A stretch of DNA of 35,397 bases from Pseudobacteriovorax sp. (GTDB lineage: Bacteria; Bdellovibrionota_B; Oligoflexia; Oligoflexales; Oligoflexaceae): assembly GCA_050293845.1 (NCBI GenBank), contig JBNKNM010000039.1:1-35397 (forward strand), written 5' to 3'. The notes beneath the pieces are model-generated. The model was given only the letters and a program-made list of their open reading frames with translations. It was not told where the DNA came from and searched no databases. This document shows positions 1-9,350 of this stretch, piece by piece. Position 1 is the first letter of the stretch. The number at the start of each line of letters is the position of its first letter. Position numbers and translations under genes: made by a program.

Positions 1-64
1 AAAAACAAAGCTGGAAGCAACCATGGGCATAGATCTGCTCCCTCCTTCCCTGTTTTCGCTGATT

Positions 65-2572
65 TCAGGGGGTGCGTAACCAGGCAACAAATCCGCCTCG
101 GCTCGATAGCTTCACCCTCATGATGTCCGAGGCGGTAACTGATCCTTCTCGACGATCCCAAGCGTCGCCTCGGCCCGTGACATCGGCCAAGCGGGTCGCA
201 CGCCACGTGCCGTTCCCCAGGAAGCTGAGCGGTAGATCCAAGGTCCGCTCGTTTGCGCCATTCAGAACGCCAACAAACCATTGCTGACCAGACCTGCGGG
301 CGAATGCCGCAACCTTGCCGGGCTCGCTTCCCGGGAGCACGATGGTTTCATCCCACACAGCAGGAATCGCCTTCAGCACATCGACCGCGGAATTGGCGAG
401 GTAGTCTCTCGGGTGACCACCGTAACACAGGAATGGCGAATTGAAGACCACGGCTTGCGCCAGCTCGTGCGCCCAAGTGTACCCCTGCAACTCCTGGGCG
501 GCAAACACGGTCGGAGTGTAGTCTGCTGCACCGGCAATATAGCGTGTAAAGGGAAGAATCGTATCCTGTTGGGGCTCCATGATGCGATTGTAGCGAGTCA
601 TATGGTATTCATGGCCACGAATCCCTTCACGCGTGAGGACGTTCGGCCATGTTCGCTCCATCCCGGTGGGCTTGTTCGAGCCGTGGATATCCACCATAAG
701 CTCATACCTGGCCGCATCTCGAGCCGTGTCCCAATACCACGTACTCCACCAGCGGTCGCACGCAGGGGGAAAATCGATCTTCACGCCCGCAATGCCGATG
801 TCGGCCGCACGCTGGAAGTAGCTCCGCCGTGCGTTGGCGTCTTTGACCTCGTTGCTGTGCACCCACAGCCATACCTTCACGCCTTTGCTTCTGGCGTAGG
901 CAACGACGGACTCGAGAGAGCTCCATGGGTTCGGCCACCAGCTCCAGCCTTCATCCACGAGATAGTACTCGAAGCCAAGCTGCTGGGTCCAGTCCACCCA
1001 CTGATGCTGATCGTCCAATTGCGGGGCACCAATGGCCATCCATTGCCAGCTCGAACGACCCGGCTTGATCCAATCCGCGCCGTCCAGCGACGCATCCCGT
1101 GGTGCATTCAGGTTGTAGACGAGGGTGGTGTTGACCAAGGCCGTCAGGCTATCGGCGATGACGGTCACGCGCCAGGGTTGAACGACCTCCGCATCGGTCG
1201 TCCAGCCGGACGTATCAGCGTATAAATATCCTTCCAGCGCCCCATTGCTACCAATCCTCAGCGCCGTGTCACCATAGTCCTTCAACGCCGCTTCCGTGAT
1301 GCTGACGTAGAGGTCATCTATCTTGGCGGTGAGCGGCATGTTGTAAGAAGCTGTGCCCAGCGTGCTCAGCGTCCTGGTTCGATAATGCTGCTCATAGCCC
1401 GGGTCCAATTGGGTGACCCACATCTCTGGATCGCCGCCGAACCGCCAGGACGAACGCTCGGCCTCGATCTTTCTACCCTTCTTGGCGGGCAATCGAAGAC
1501 GAACTGCCACACCGTCGTCGGCGACATGCAGATCCACGGTGTACGACTCGTTCCCGCTGAGCGCCAGCACTGATGCCTCGTTCGCCTTGTTCACAGCCAA
1601 GCTACGTCCGCCAAAGAAATCGTATTGCTCGTCCACCGAATTCCGGGTGAGGGTACCGAGCACGACATTCCTGCCAAGTTCCATTCCATCACTTCGAATA
1701 CCGATTTCGGAAGGCGCTAGGACCTGCTGGCCATCGACTGTGACTTGATAGCGCAATACGTTGCCTGTCGTTGTGAGCTCTGCGGTGAGACGACCGTTGG
1801 GGCTCGTGACCGTGTACGGTGTCGGCTGTTCCGGCGAGAAGTTGGCGGTGATAGTCTTGTCCGCGTCCATGGTGACGGTTACGGGATTGGTGACGCCCGT
1901 GGCTGCTCCGCTCCAACCGATGAATGTGTAGCCATTGGCAGGTGTGGCGGTGACCGTAGCGGTAGTTCCGGTGTCATAGGTGTACGTCCCCGCCGCGGGG
2001 TGGGTCGAGCCACTCGTACTAGGGGTGATGGTCAGGGTGTGGGTGGTTGCGTCCCCACCGCTTCCCGACACGGTCCATTTCTGGTTGTCACCCGTTCCGC
2101 ATGTCCACAGGATGATCTTGGTGCCATTGGCGGTGCTGGCGCCCTCGGCATCGATACAGAGTCCGGATTGCACGCCGGTGATCGTCTCGTCGGTGTTGAC
2201 GTTCCATTGCTGGTTAGCGCCGCCGTTGCAGTCCCAAATGACCACCGACGTTCCATTGCTGGTACCCTGCCCGAAGGCGTCGAGGCATTTGTTGCCGAAG
2301 ACCCTGAGCTCCTTGTTGGAGTTGTATGTCCAGGACTGATTGGTCTCGCCGGTGCAGTCCCACAGCTGTGCCTGGATACCGTTAGTAGTGGAACCATCGT
2401 CTATATCGATGCATCGGTTCGACTGCCGCCCTACAATCTGAGAATTGCTAAAGGTTAGGGCCACCGCGGCTTCGTTTGGGCTCTCGATCGACAACTCCCC
2501 TTGCGGTCCACCGAAACCGAACGTCAAGACGAGCCCCGTTGCGATACCAATGACCAAATTCTCGATCCTCAT
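65..2572 (-). CDS. Secreted multidomain GH97 glycoside hydrolase (probably retaining, alpha-galactosidase/beta-L-arabinopyranosidase type) with N-terminal ricin-B lectin (CBM13) and InlB B-repeat-like domain
   Basis: Hydrophobic N-terminus; three ricin QxW repeats (CIDI..QLWDC..NQSW, CLDA..IWDC..NQQW, CIDA..LWTC..NQKW); 'VTATPANGYTFIGWSG..VTMDADKTITANF' B-repeat; GH97 motifs VTSPNG, PWRV, WIKPG, YYLVDEGW, GVKIDF, TREGIRGHE, DYTP; RBS AAGGAG. Confidence 0.92.
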   Translation of the reverse strand: MRIENLVIGIATGLVLTFGFGGPQGELSIESPNEAAVALTFSNSQIVGRQSNRCIDIDDGSTTNGIQAQLWDCTGETNQSWTYNSNKELRVFGNKCLDAFGQGTSNGTSVVIWDCNGGANQQWNVNTDETITGVQSGLCIDAEGASTANGTKIILWTCGTGDNQKWTVSGSGGDATTHTLTITPSTSGSTHPAAGTYTYDTGTTATVTATPANGYTFIGWSGAATGVTNPVTVTMDADKTITANFSPEQPTPYTVTSPNGRLTAELTTTGNVLRYQVTVDGQQVLAPSEIGIRSDGMELGRNVVLGTLTRNSVDEQYDFFGGRSLAVNKANEASVLALSGNESYTVDLHVADDGVAVRLRLPAKKGRKIEAERSSWRFGGDPEMWVTQLDPGYEQHYRTRTLSTLGTASYNMPLTAKIDDLYVSITEAALKDYGDTALRIGSNGALEGYLYADTSGWTTDAEVVQPWRVTVIADSLTALVNTTLVYNLNAPRDASLDGADWIKPGRSSWQWMAIGAPQLDDQHQWVDWTQQLGFEYYLVDEGWSWWPNPWSSLESVVAYARSKGVKVWLWVHSNEVKDANARRSYFQRAADIGIAGVKIDFPPACDRWWSTWYWDTARDAARYELMVDIHGSNKPTGMERTWPNVLTREGIRGHEYHMTRYNRIMEPQQDTILPFTRYIAGAADYTPTVFAAQELQGYTWAHELAQAVVFNSPFLCYGGHPRDYLANSAVDVLKAIPAVWDETIVLPGSEPGKVAAFARRSGQQWFVGVLNGANERTLDLPLSFLGNGTWRATRLADVTGRGDAWDRREGSVTASDIMRVKLSSRGGFVAWLRTP

Positions 2573-2993
2573 AGCGATCTCCTTGCCTTGTCAGATTTGT
2601 TTGAGCCGTTCAGAATCCACCTCTGTCCTACCCGGTTCACTAAGCTGATCAATGGTCTTATATGGATTATTTTACTTTTGCAGAGATTCATAGCGGTGCC
2701 TTATCTTTTGTTTAAGGTTATTAAATATTTTTAACTGCTGGAATCTGGCAAAGGCTAGATTTTAGCAGTAACAAACTAAGTATCCTGGTTACCCAAACAG
2801 AGACAGAATTCAGACGGAACACTGCGATACATTTTTAACAGCAATTACAAGTCTGGCGACTTTATCATAGATTGAGGGGGATATCGTATTAATATACCTA
2901 AAACTCAGGGGAAGATAGCGAACAGTTTCGCCAAACTAATGTTTGCGTTGCGATGTGTTGTAGCTATCACCATACTTCGGCGAAAACTCTATT

Positions 2994-3575
2994 GTGAAAC
3001 TAGCTCATCTTAATTTCATTTTAAAATCTAAGCGAGATAAGATCAAAAACAGAAACTCCAAGGCATGGAGAAGACGGAATAAGAGGATTAGTCTCTTGTT
3101 TCGGAAAATGGGAACTAGAACAAAGATGTATCTACATACCCTCGCTAACAAGATTTTGGCAGATCATGAAGCTGTATCTCATTTCATGGTTGGTGATTGG
3201 GACAAGAGAAAAATTCTAGCAGATAGCAAAAACAAGTTTGTGAATAAGTCCATAAATAGGGCCGTTCAAAAAAACAACCCCCTGGGAATACTCTTCAATA
3301 TCCTGAAGTACAAGGTGAAACGCCTGGGGCAGGTAGCTCAAAAATTCGATGAGCAGGAAACTAGAGCTAGCTCCATTCTCCTGCAAACCTCAAGTAAGCG
3401 TGGCTCACGTGGACATGCTTCAAAAATCCTAACAACAGAATGCTTTCGACTTCAGACGAGAGAGGAAGTCACAGCTAAATTGTACCACCGAAAATTAAAG
3501 ACACTGGTGCAGACCCTTGCTACATATTACTATCAATTGAAATCTCCAACTTCAAGAAAATCAAAATCAGCGTGA
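2994..3575 (+). mobile_element. tnpB: Truncated TnpB-like (IS200/IS605 family) RNA-guided nuclease remnant
   Basis: Basic helical stretch 'KNRNSKAWRRRNKRISLLFRKM..YLHTLANKIL', RuvC-II-like 'FMVGDW', then 'LFNILKYKVKRLG..KFDEQET'. No RuvC-I DxG, zinc finger or RuvC-III visible. The tail after about 3375 looks like read-through into the GH43 3' end. Confidence 0.72.
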
Positions 3576-5146
3576 TGCCGGCACCCGGAAATGTCCTGAC
3601 AGCAAAGGGCAAAGAATGCACCTGTAAAGTTAGAGCCAGCTTTGTTTCCATACTCATCGGAACAAATGGCGGCGTCCAATTTTAAGGGCAGTGTTATCCA
3701 AGAGCTGTCTTCCTGATCGTAACGATAGGCTAAATAGAGATTTTCACGGTCAACTTGTAACCTTAAATAAATTTCTACTCCAGACTTTATGGATATGGGT
3801 TCCAGTAGGGGATAGCTTCCTGAACAGCTGTTATCATTGACATGAACGACTAAGCATTTACTGAAGCTGTCGAAGTGGGTCACCTGCAGGTAAATGAATT
3901 TTTCGCTATTATAGTATAAGGCTAGCCCTGCTTGTGTCTGAAAGTCGCGGGGTTCAAAGTCCAATTTACATGTGGCTTGTTGGCGATGGTTTGTTAGCCT
4001 CGTGGCAATAAGAGACTGGGTGAATGGGCTGCCAATCGACTCTGCACCATATAGCCGTAGGTAGCCTGCACGCTCAGAGAGGGAGATAAGATCTCCTAAA
4101 GGTTTTCTAAGGCTTTGATATTGTAATCCAAGAGTTGGCTGATCAAAATCATCATAAAATGTAGCGAAAGTCATTTCTGTCTGCGTCGCAGGAGCCTGTG
4201 CTGGCAGAGGTGTAGTAAGTTGCGGAGAGACGCCGCCCACGACTCGTGGCCACTCGTTGGTAGGCCAGTCGACTTTTTGGATAGCAGTTTCTCGCCCTAG
4301 AGTACATGCTCCACGGTTGGTTAGGGGACGCCCACAAAGGTGGACGAGATAGGTTTCTCCTTCAGGAGTTGCTACTAAGTCACCATGACCAGCACGTTGT
4401 AGTGACGAATCGGGACTGTCTTTGGCGGTAAGAAGATGGATTTCAGGATGTAGCTCATAAGGTCCTAAAATATTGGGCGAGCGAGCCATAGTACAGGCAT
4501 GATCCCATGTAGTTCCTCCTTCAGCAGTTAAAAGGTAGTAGTAGCCATCTCTTTTATATAAGTGAGGGCCTTCAGTAACTCCTAAACTACTACCTTTGAA
4601 AATCATTGTAGAGTTGCCGATAAGTTGTCGACGTTCCCTATCAAATTCTTGAATCATAATACCAGCAAAGAAATTTTTAAAAGTCCTGCGGTAGCCGCTT
4701 GGATTCCATATCATCTGTACTAACCATTTACGACCATCGTCATCGTGAAACAGGCTAGGGTCGAAACCTACGCTATTGAGGTAAATTGGCTCCGACCAAG
4801 GACCTTTTATATCGGTGGCTGTTACTAGATAATTGTGTGCGTCCTTAAAATCTCCATTGTGACGCTTTACGTTGGTATAGACTAGGTAAAAGGTGCCGTT
4901 ATCATAGCTGAGGCAGGGTGCCCATATTCCCCCAGAGTCTGGATTACCATTCATATCTAGCTGGGATATACGATTTAAAGGAGAAGGTAAAAGTTGCCAG
5001 TCTCTTAAGTTTTTGGATTGATGTAAGCGAACTCCAGGAAACCATTCAAACGTTGAGGTAGCAATAAAATAGTCATCACCTGCGCGGGTAATAGACGGAT
5101 CTGGATGAAAGCCAGGAAGAATTGGATTGCGGATACCAGTCGTCAT
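3533..5146 (-). CDS. xynB: GH43 beta-xylosidase/alpha-L-arabinofuranosidase (XynB-like, cytoplasmic) with C-terminal beta-sandwich domain
   Basis: NPILPGFHPDPSI, WAP, FDPSLF, TEGPHL and GHGDLV motifs, so all three catalytic acids are present. Start placed at ATG 5146 behind a GAGGA RBS (ORF track extends to 5158). Confidence 0.95.
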   Translation of the reverse strand: MTTGIRNPILPGFHPDPSITRAGDDYFIATSTFEWFPGVRLHQSKNLRDWQLLPSPLNRISQLDMNGNPDSGGIWAPCLSYDNGTFYLVYTNVKRHNGDFKDAHNYLVTATDIKGPWSEPIYLNSVGFDPSLFHDDDGRKWLVQMIWNPSGYRRTFKNFFAGIMIQEFDRERRQLIGNSTMIFKGSSLGVTEGPHLYKRDGYYYLLTAEGGTTWDHACTMARSPNILGPYELHPEIHLLTAKDSPDSSLQRAGHGDLVATPEGETYLVHLCGRPLTNRGACTLGRETAIQKVDWPTNEWPRVVGGVSPQLTTPLPAQAPATQTEMTFATFYDDFDQPTLGLQYQSLRKPLGDLISLSERAGYLRLYGAESIGSPFTQSLIATRLTNHRQQATCKLDFEPRDFQTQAGLALYYNSEKFIYLQVTHFDSFSKCLVVHVNDNSCSGSYPLLEPISIKSGVEIYLRLQVDRENLYLAYRYDQEDSSWITLPLKLDAAICSDEYGNKAGSNFTGAFFALCCQDISGCRHHADFDFLEVGDFN

Positions 5147-5168
5147 ATTAATCCTCATACCTTATTAT

Positions 5169-5210
5169 TAATTCGGGTCTCAAATTATTTTGATTCAGGA
5201 GTGATGTCAA
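5169..5210 (-). promoter_or_regulatory. Sigma70 promoter (TTGACA-17-TAATTT) with overlapping ROK-type palindromic operator TAATT-N9-AATTA upstream of GH43
   Basis: -35 at 5205-5210, -10 at 5182-5187, operator TAATTCGGGTCTCAAATTA at 5169-5187; same architecture repeated at 11689-11730. Confidence 0.8.
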
Positions 5211-5297
5211 GGCATATATGCGTTGGTTGCATACTTTCGATTATCGAATTTTTAGCGCTTGTCATAAGCTATCTTAGTCATAGATTGACCTCGATAA

Positions 5298-5540
5298 TTT
5301 TGCCTGACCCATGTGTCATATGAGATCGGACTGCTGAACCCTTTGATGGTCCTAGTAACAGGATCAGGAGTTGCCAGCTATCCTTTAATGGAAGAAGGAG
5401 TTCGGGAAAGTGTGGAAAGAAACCTGGTTCACGACCTTAGTAATTTAGTGGAAATCAAGTCCCTACCCTGAGACGATGACTTCGCACTACAGGTACTAAA
5501 CCTGATTTCAATCGATAAAGTTTTCAACTGTGGCGGTTAA
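5298..5540 (+). pseudogene. Probable C-terminal remnant of a ROK-family (XylR/NagC-like) repressor
   Basis: Manual translation: 'HVSYEIGLLNPLMVLVTGSGVASYPLMEEGVRESVERNLVHDLSNLVEIKSLP*DDDFALQVLNLISIDKVFN'. This resembles the ROK C-terminus (LLNPxxIVxxG ... DDxxAxG). In-frame TGA at 5469, no HTH or start, divergent from the operator. Confidence 0.55.
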
Positions 5541-6843
5541 TATAACCGTTGATAGTATTTTCTAGAAACTCCTGATGTCCCGACTGTGGTTTGGGGTCGA
5601 ATTTTTGTTCTAAGGCAATACTGCTGAGCTGCTCCATATCATAGTCTCCCGCAAGGATTTTTTTGCCAAAATCAGACTGCCACCTGTTATAGCGGGCTTT
5701 AGTAAGATCATAAAAGCTGCCTTCTTGGTGGATCTGAGCTGCAATTTTGAAAGCTCTGGCAATACAGTCCATAGCTCCAATATGGGCATGAAACATATCC
5801 TCGGGAGCTATCGACTGGCGTCGTAACTTGGTATCAAAATTAAACCCACCCTGAGTAAAACCGCCATGTTTAATCATTTCTAAACACACCGGTGTCAGCT
5901 CTTCAACGCTATTAGGGAATTGATCTGTATCCCAACCACACTGAGGATCGCCACGGTTGGCATCTATACTTCCAAATATTCCCAAGGCACAGGCCATTGC
6001 TACTTCATGATGGAAACTATGACCCGAAAGAGTCGCATGATTTGCTTCAATATTAACCTGGATTTCATTTTGTAGTCCGAACTTTTGTAACGTAGCAAAA
6101 ACAGTGGCGGTATCAAAGTCGTATTGATGTTTGGTCGGTTCCTGGGGTTTTGGCTCGATAAATAATGATCCTTTAAAGCCTATTTTGTGTTTATAATCAA
6201 CAACAAGGCTCAGGAAACGCTCCATCTGAGCGAACTCTTGTTTGAGGTCGGTGTTAAGTAAGGTTTCATAGCCATCGCGACCATTCCAAAGAACATAACC
6301 CGCGCCACCTAGCTCATGAGTAGCTGCTAAAGCTCCCTGAACTTTGCTTATGGCATAGGCAAAGACCTCGGGGTCAGGATTGGTGGCAGCACCTGCAGCA
6401 TAACGCGGATGGGAAAATAAATTAGCTGTGCCCCATAGCAAACGCAAGCCAGTCTCTTCCATTTTTTGTTTGACACCATCTACGGCCATAGAAAGTAGTT
6501 CCCGTGACTCTCTTATAGAAGGACCTTCCTGAACTAAATCGTGGTCATGAAAACAAAAGAACGGAGTCCCCAATTTGCTCATGAAATCAAAAGCGAAATC
6601 TAGCCGTTTGTGAAAGTCATTTTTTATATCATTAGGGTCAGCAGGTCTATTCATTGTCGGTTGCCCAAAAATATCGTGACCCTGCCACACGAAATTATGC
6701 CAGTAGCAAACACTGAAGCGAAGATGTTCTTCAAGGGTTTTACCCAATATGACTTCATCTTTATTATAGTATTTAAAGGCAAGGGGATTGCTACTTTGAG
6801 GACCCTCGTAAGGTATTTTTTCTATCTTTGCAAATATTGTCAT
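5524..6843 (-). CDS. xylA: Xylose isomerase (class II)
   Basis: FSVCYWH, FCFHD, WGTANLF, IEPKPQEP, NIEANH, SIDANRGD, WDTDQF and FNFD motifs; RBS AAGGAG. Confidence 0.97.
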   Translation of the reverse strand: MTIFAKIEKIPYEGPQSSNPLAFKYYNKDEVILGKTLEEHLRFSVCYWHNFVWQGHDIFGQPTMNRPADPNDIKNDFHKRLDFAFDFMSKLGTPFFCFHDHDLVQEGPSIRESRELLSMAVDGVKQKMEETGLRLLWGTANLFSHPRYAAGAATNPDPEVFAYAISKVQGALAATHELGGAGYVLWNGRDGYETLLNTDLKQEFAQMERFLSLVVDYKHKIGFKGSLFIEPKPQEPTKHQYDFDTATVFATLQKFGLQNEIQVNIEANHATLSGHSFHHEVAMACALGIFGSIDANRGDPQCGWDTDQFPNSVEELTPVCLEMIKHGGFTQGGFNFDTKLRRQSIAPEDMFHAHIGAMDCIARAFKIAAQIHQEGSFYDLTKARYNRWQSDFGKKILAGDYDMEQLSSIALEQKFDPKPQSGHQEFLENTINGYINRHS

Positions 6844-6882
6844 AATAATCTCCTTTTCAATTAGACCATATCTTGGTAATCG

Positions 6883-7220
6883 CTAATTACCTAGTATTGC
6901 CACCCCGACAGCTGCTGCATGGTCACTGCTATGCACAAGCTCGACGGATCGCCCCATAACATCGGCAATTATCTGGCACCACAGCGATAGAGCCCGCTCG
7001 TCCCAAAAGAAATAGCTTTTCTGGGGAACGATTAATCTCATACCGACAGCACTTGCAGAGGGATCTGCTCTAGTTCTAGACATTCAAGGATCAAATGCCC
7101 ATCATTGCCGGGGAGACGGTTGACTCCCAAATTATGATGAACACTATGTCTAACATGACCTTCATCATCAATAGTAACAAGTTTTAAACTCGAGGCTCCG
7201 CGCTCGATTCCTAGAGACAT
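6883..7220 (-). pseudogene. xylB: Xylulokinase (FGGY kinase) pseudogene with large internal deletion and frameshift
   Basis: N-terminus MSLGIERGASSLKLVTID (compare MxLGIDLGTSSxK) after a GGAG RBS, followed within about 340 bp by FGGY C-terminal motifs 'ILE..L.VL' and 'SLWCQIIADVMGRSV..AAAVGVAILG'; lies directly upstream of xylA. Confidence 0.85.
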
Positions 7221-7265
7221 CACTCATCTCCATTTATTTTTATTATCAAAATAAATACAAATTAT

Positions 7266-8375
7266 TTATTCTATGCGATTCCCATTTTGGTCAAACCAAT
7301 GTAGATTTTTCCGATCAATGGTAATTGGTAACATTGTACCTAAAGAGACCTGTGCAATGAGTGAACGCCGATAAGGGTTCGCTGTACGAATAATAGCTTG
7401 CTGATTAAACATTTCCGTGATCATATGAGTTTCATGGCCATGTCCTTCTTTGAGAAGGACAGGAACTTGAAAATCGCACTTTCCTTCGGATTCCCGACCA
7501 TTTGTTGTTAAAACTTTTATCGCCTCTGGTCGGACGCCAAGCGTGCACTTACCGAGATTCGCGGGTGCATACTCTTTTGCTAATATTATTTTGTCTTCAT
7601 TTGACACAAATACGGCTTCATTGTTGGAGATACTTAATTCTCCATCGAAAAAATTCATAGCCGGGCTACCAATAAAGGATGCAACAAAACGATTTTGTGG
7701 CCTGTTATAAAGCTCTTCCGGAGTTCCAAGCTGTTGAATTTTTCCTTGATCTAGTACGGCAATGCGATCTGCTAGGGTCATCGCTTCGATCTGATCATGG
7801 GTAACGTAAATAGAGGTAGCACCAAGTTTTTTGTGAAGTGAAGCTAGTTCTATACGCATTTGTGATCGTAAGGAAGCATCAAGATTAGATAATGGTTCAT
7901 CATACAAAAATATTTTAACATTCCGGACAATAGCGCGGCCAATGGCGACCCTTTGCCTTTGACCTCCGGAAAGTTGTTTGGGTTTGCGGTTGAGTAAATG
8001 CTCAATATCCAAGATTTTTGCTGCATGATGCACAGCTTGGTCGATCTCTGTTGCTGGTCTTTTACGCATTCGCAAGCCAAAAGAAAGATTACCGGCTACC
8101 GTCATGCTCGGGTAGAGAGCGTAATCTTGAAATACCATGGCGAGATTACGATCGGCTGGTGAAACCTGAGTTATATTCTGATCGTCAACAAAAACATCAC
8201 CAGTAGATGCTTGGTCCAATCCTGCAATAATCCGCAATAATGTTGACTTACCACACCCCGAAGGACCAACGAGCACCAGAAACTCGCCTTTCTTAATTTT
8301 TAAGTTGATATTATCAAGAATAGGAAAACCTGGGCTGTAAGCTTTACTTAAAGAATTAATGCTGAGCCGATTCAT
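7266..8375 (-). CDS. Carbohydrate ABC transporter ATP-binding protein (MalK/MsmX/UgpC family)
   Basis: GPSGCGKST, LSGGQRQR, YDEPLSNLDA, VTHDQIEAM, FVASFIGSPAMN. Confidence 0.96.
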   Translation of the reverse strand: MNRLSINSLSKAYSPGFPILDNINLKIKKGEFLVLVGPSGCGKSTLLRIIAGLDQASTGDVFVDDQNITQVSPADRNLAMVFQDYALYPSMTVAGNLSFGLRMRKRPATEIDQAVHHAAKILDIEHLLNRKPKQLSGGQRQRVAIGRAIVRNVKIFLYDEPLSNLDASLRSQMRIELASLHKKLGATSIYVTHDQIEAMTLADRIAVLDQGKIQQLGTPEELYNRPQNRFVASFIGSPAMNFFDGELSISNNEAVFVSNEDKIILAKEYAPANLGKCTLGVRPEAIKVLTTNGRESEGKCDFQVPVLLKEGHGHETHMITEMFNQQAIIRTANPYRRSLIAQVSLGTMLPITIDRKNLHWFDQNGNRIE

Positions 8376-8444
8376 ATCGTCTCCTTTGCAAACTAAAGAA
8401 CCTAAAACTACATTGTATACTACTAAAAGCGAATACTATCACAC

Positions 8445-9350
8445 TTAATTTTTTACGGCACCTTTGGTTAATCCGGAAATTATCATTTTCGAACAGAATA
8501 TAAAGACAATTGCAATCGGTAAAATAGAGATAGTATTGCCGACCATAATAGCACCATAATCGATTTTTCCAGAACCAGCTAGAGAATTAAGAGCGACAGG
8601 GATAGTATAGGCTTCTTCTCGTTGGAGTATGACTAACTGCGTGATGAAAGAGTTCCAAATGCTGAGAAAAGTAGAAATCCCCAACGCACCTACACCAGGT
8701 AGTATAATAGGCAGGACCACCCGATAAAATATTTGAAACTCACCTGCACCATCAATGCGTGCAGCATCTAAAAGAGAATGAGGTACCGATCCTTTTATAT
8801 ATTGGCGCATTAGAAACACACCATAGGCATTGGCAAGCGCTGGTAAATAAATGGCACGAGGTTCGTTGATCCAACCAAAAAAGCTCATCATAGAAAAATA
8901 AGGAATAATGGATAAAGCAGGTGGAACCATTAGGGTCATAACCATGAGCTTAAATAAAGTTTCGCGAAAACGAAAATCAAACATGGCAAAGCCATAACCA
9001 CATAAGGAGCACACAGCCATCGTTAATATGGTTCCCATCGATGAAATATAAAGGCTATTAACCATGCTGTTAAGAAAAGGAACCTCAGCCTCTAGGGATT
9101 TGTAGTTTGTTACAAAGTTGCTCCAACTGTCAAAATTGAGCAACCATGATATGTCTGTTGCATAGATTTCTTCTACCGATTTGGTGGACATTAAGATCAT
9201 GTAATAGAACGGAAAAATAGTAACGATAGCCCATATGATCAGCGGAATATAAATTAAACCGCGTGATTGCAAGTAGCGCCACAATAGCTTCGATTGTTGA
9301 TGTGATTTCTGGATAGAAGCAATGCTTATTTTTTGAATCGTAGTGCTCAT
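8445..9350 (-). CDS. Carbohydrate ABC transporter permease (MalG-like)
   Basis: About 6 TM segments; EAA loop 'LLDAARIDGAGEFQIF'; TAATG overlap with the upstream gene. Confidence 0.95.
   Translation of the reverse strand: MSTTIQKISIASIQKSHQQSKLLWRYLQSRGLIYIPLIIWAIVTIFPFYYMILMSTKSVEEIYATDISWLLNFDSWSNFVTNYKSLEAEVPFLNSMVNSLYISSMGTILTMAVCSLCGYGFAMFDFRFRETLFKLMVMTLMVPPALSIIPYFSMMSFFGWINEPRAIYLPALANAYGVFLMRQYIKGSVPHSLLDAARIDGAGEFQIFYRVVLPIILPGVGALGISTFLSIWNSFITQLVILQREEAYTIPVALNSLAGSGKIDYGAIMVGNTISILPIAIVFIFCSKMIISGLTKGAVKN

Noticed and set aside
72..2734. Many long overlapping ORFs (e.g. 281-1225 +, 1745-2458 +) inside the GH97 gene
   Set aside because: Shadow ORFs expected from high GC and codon bias; no motifs or RBS recognised
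2640..3532. CRISPR array or Cas12-type system around the TnpB-like ORF
   Set aside because: No regularly spaced direct repeats seen here or elsewhere in the window, and the ORF lacks two of three RuvC motifs
5105..5323. 72-aa + strand ORF
   Set aside because: Overlaps the GH43 start and promoter; no recognisable similarity; the ROK-like signal is in another frame
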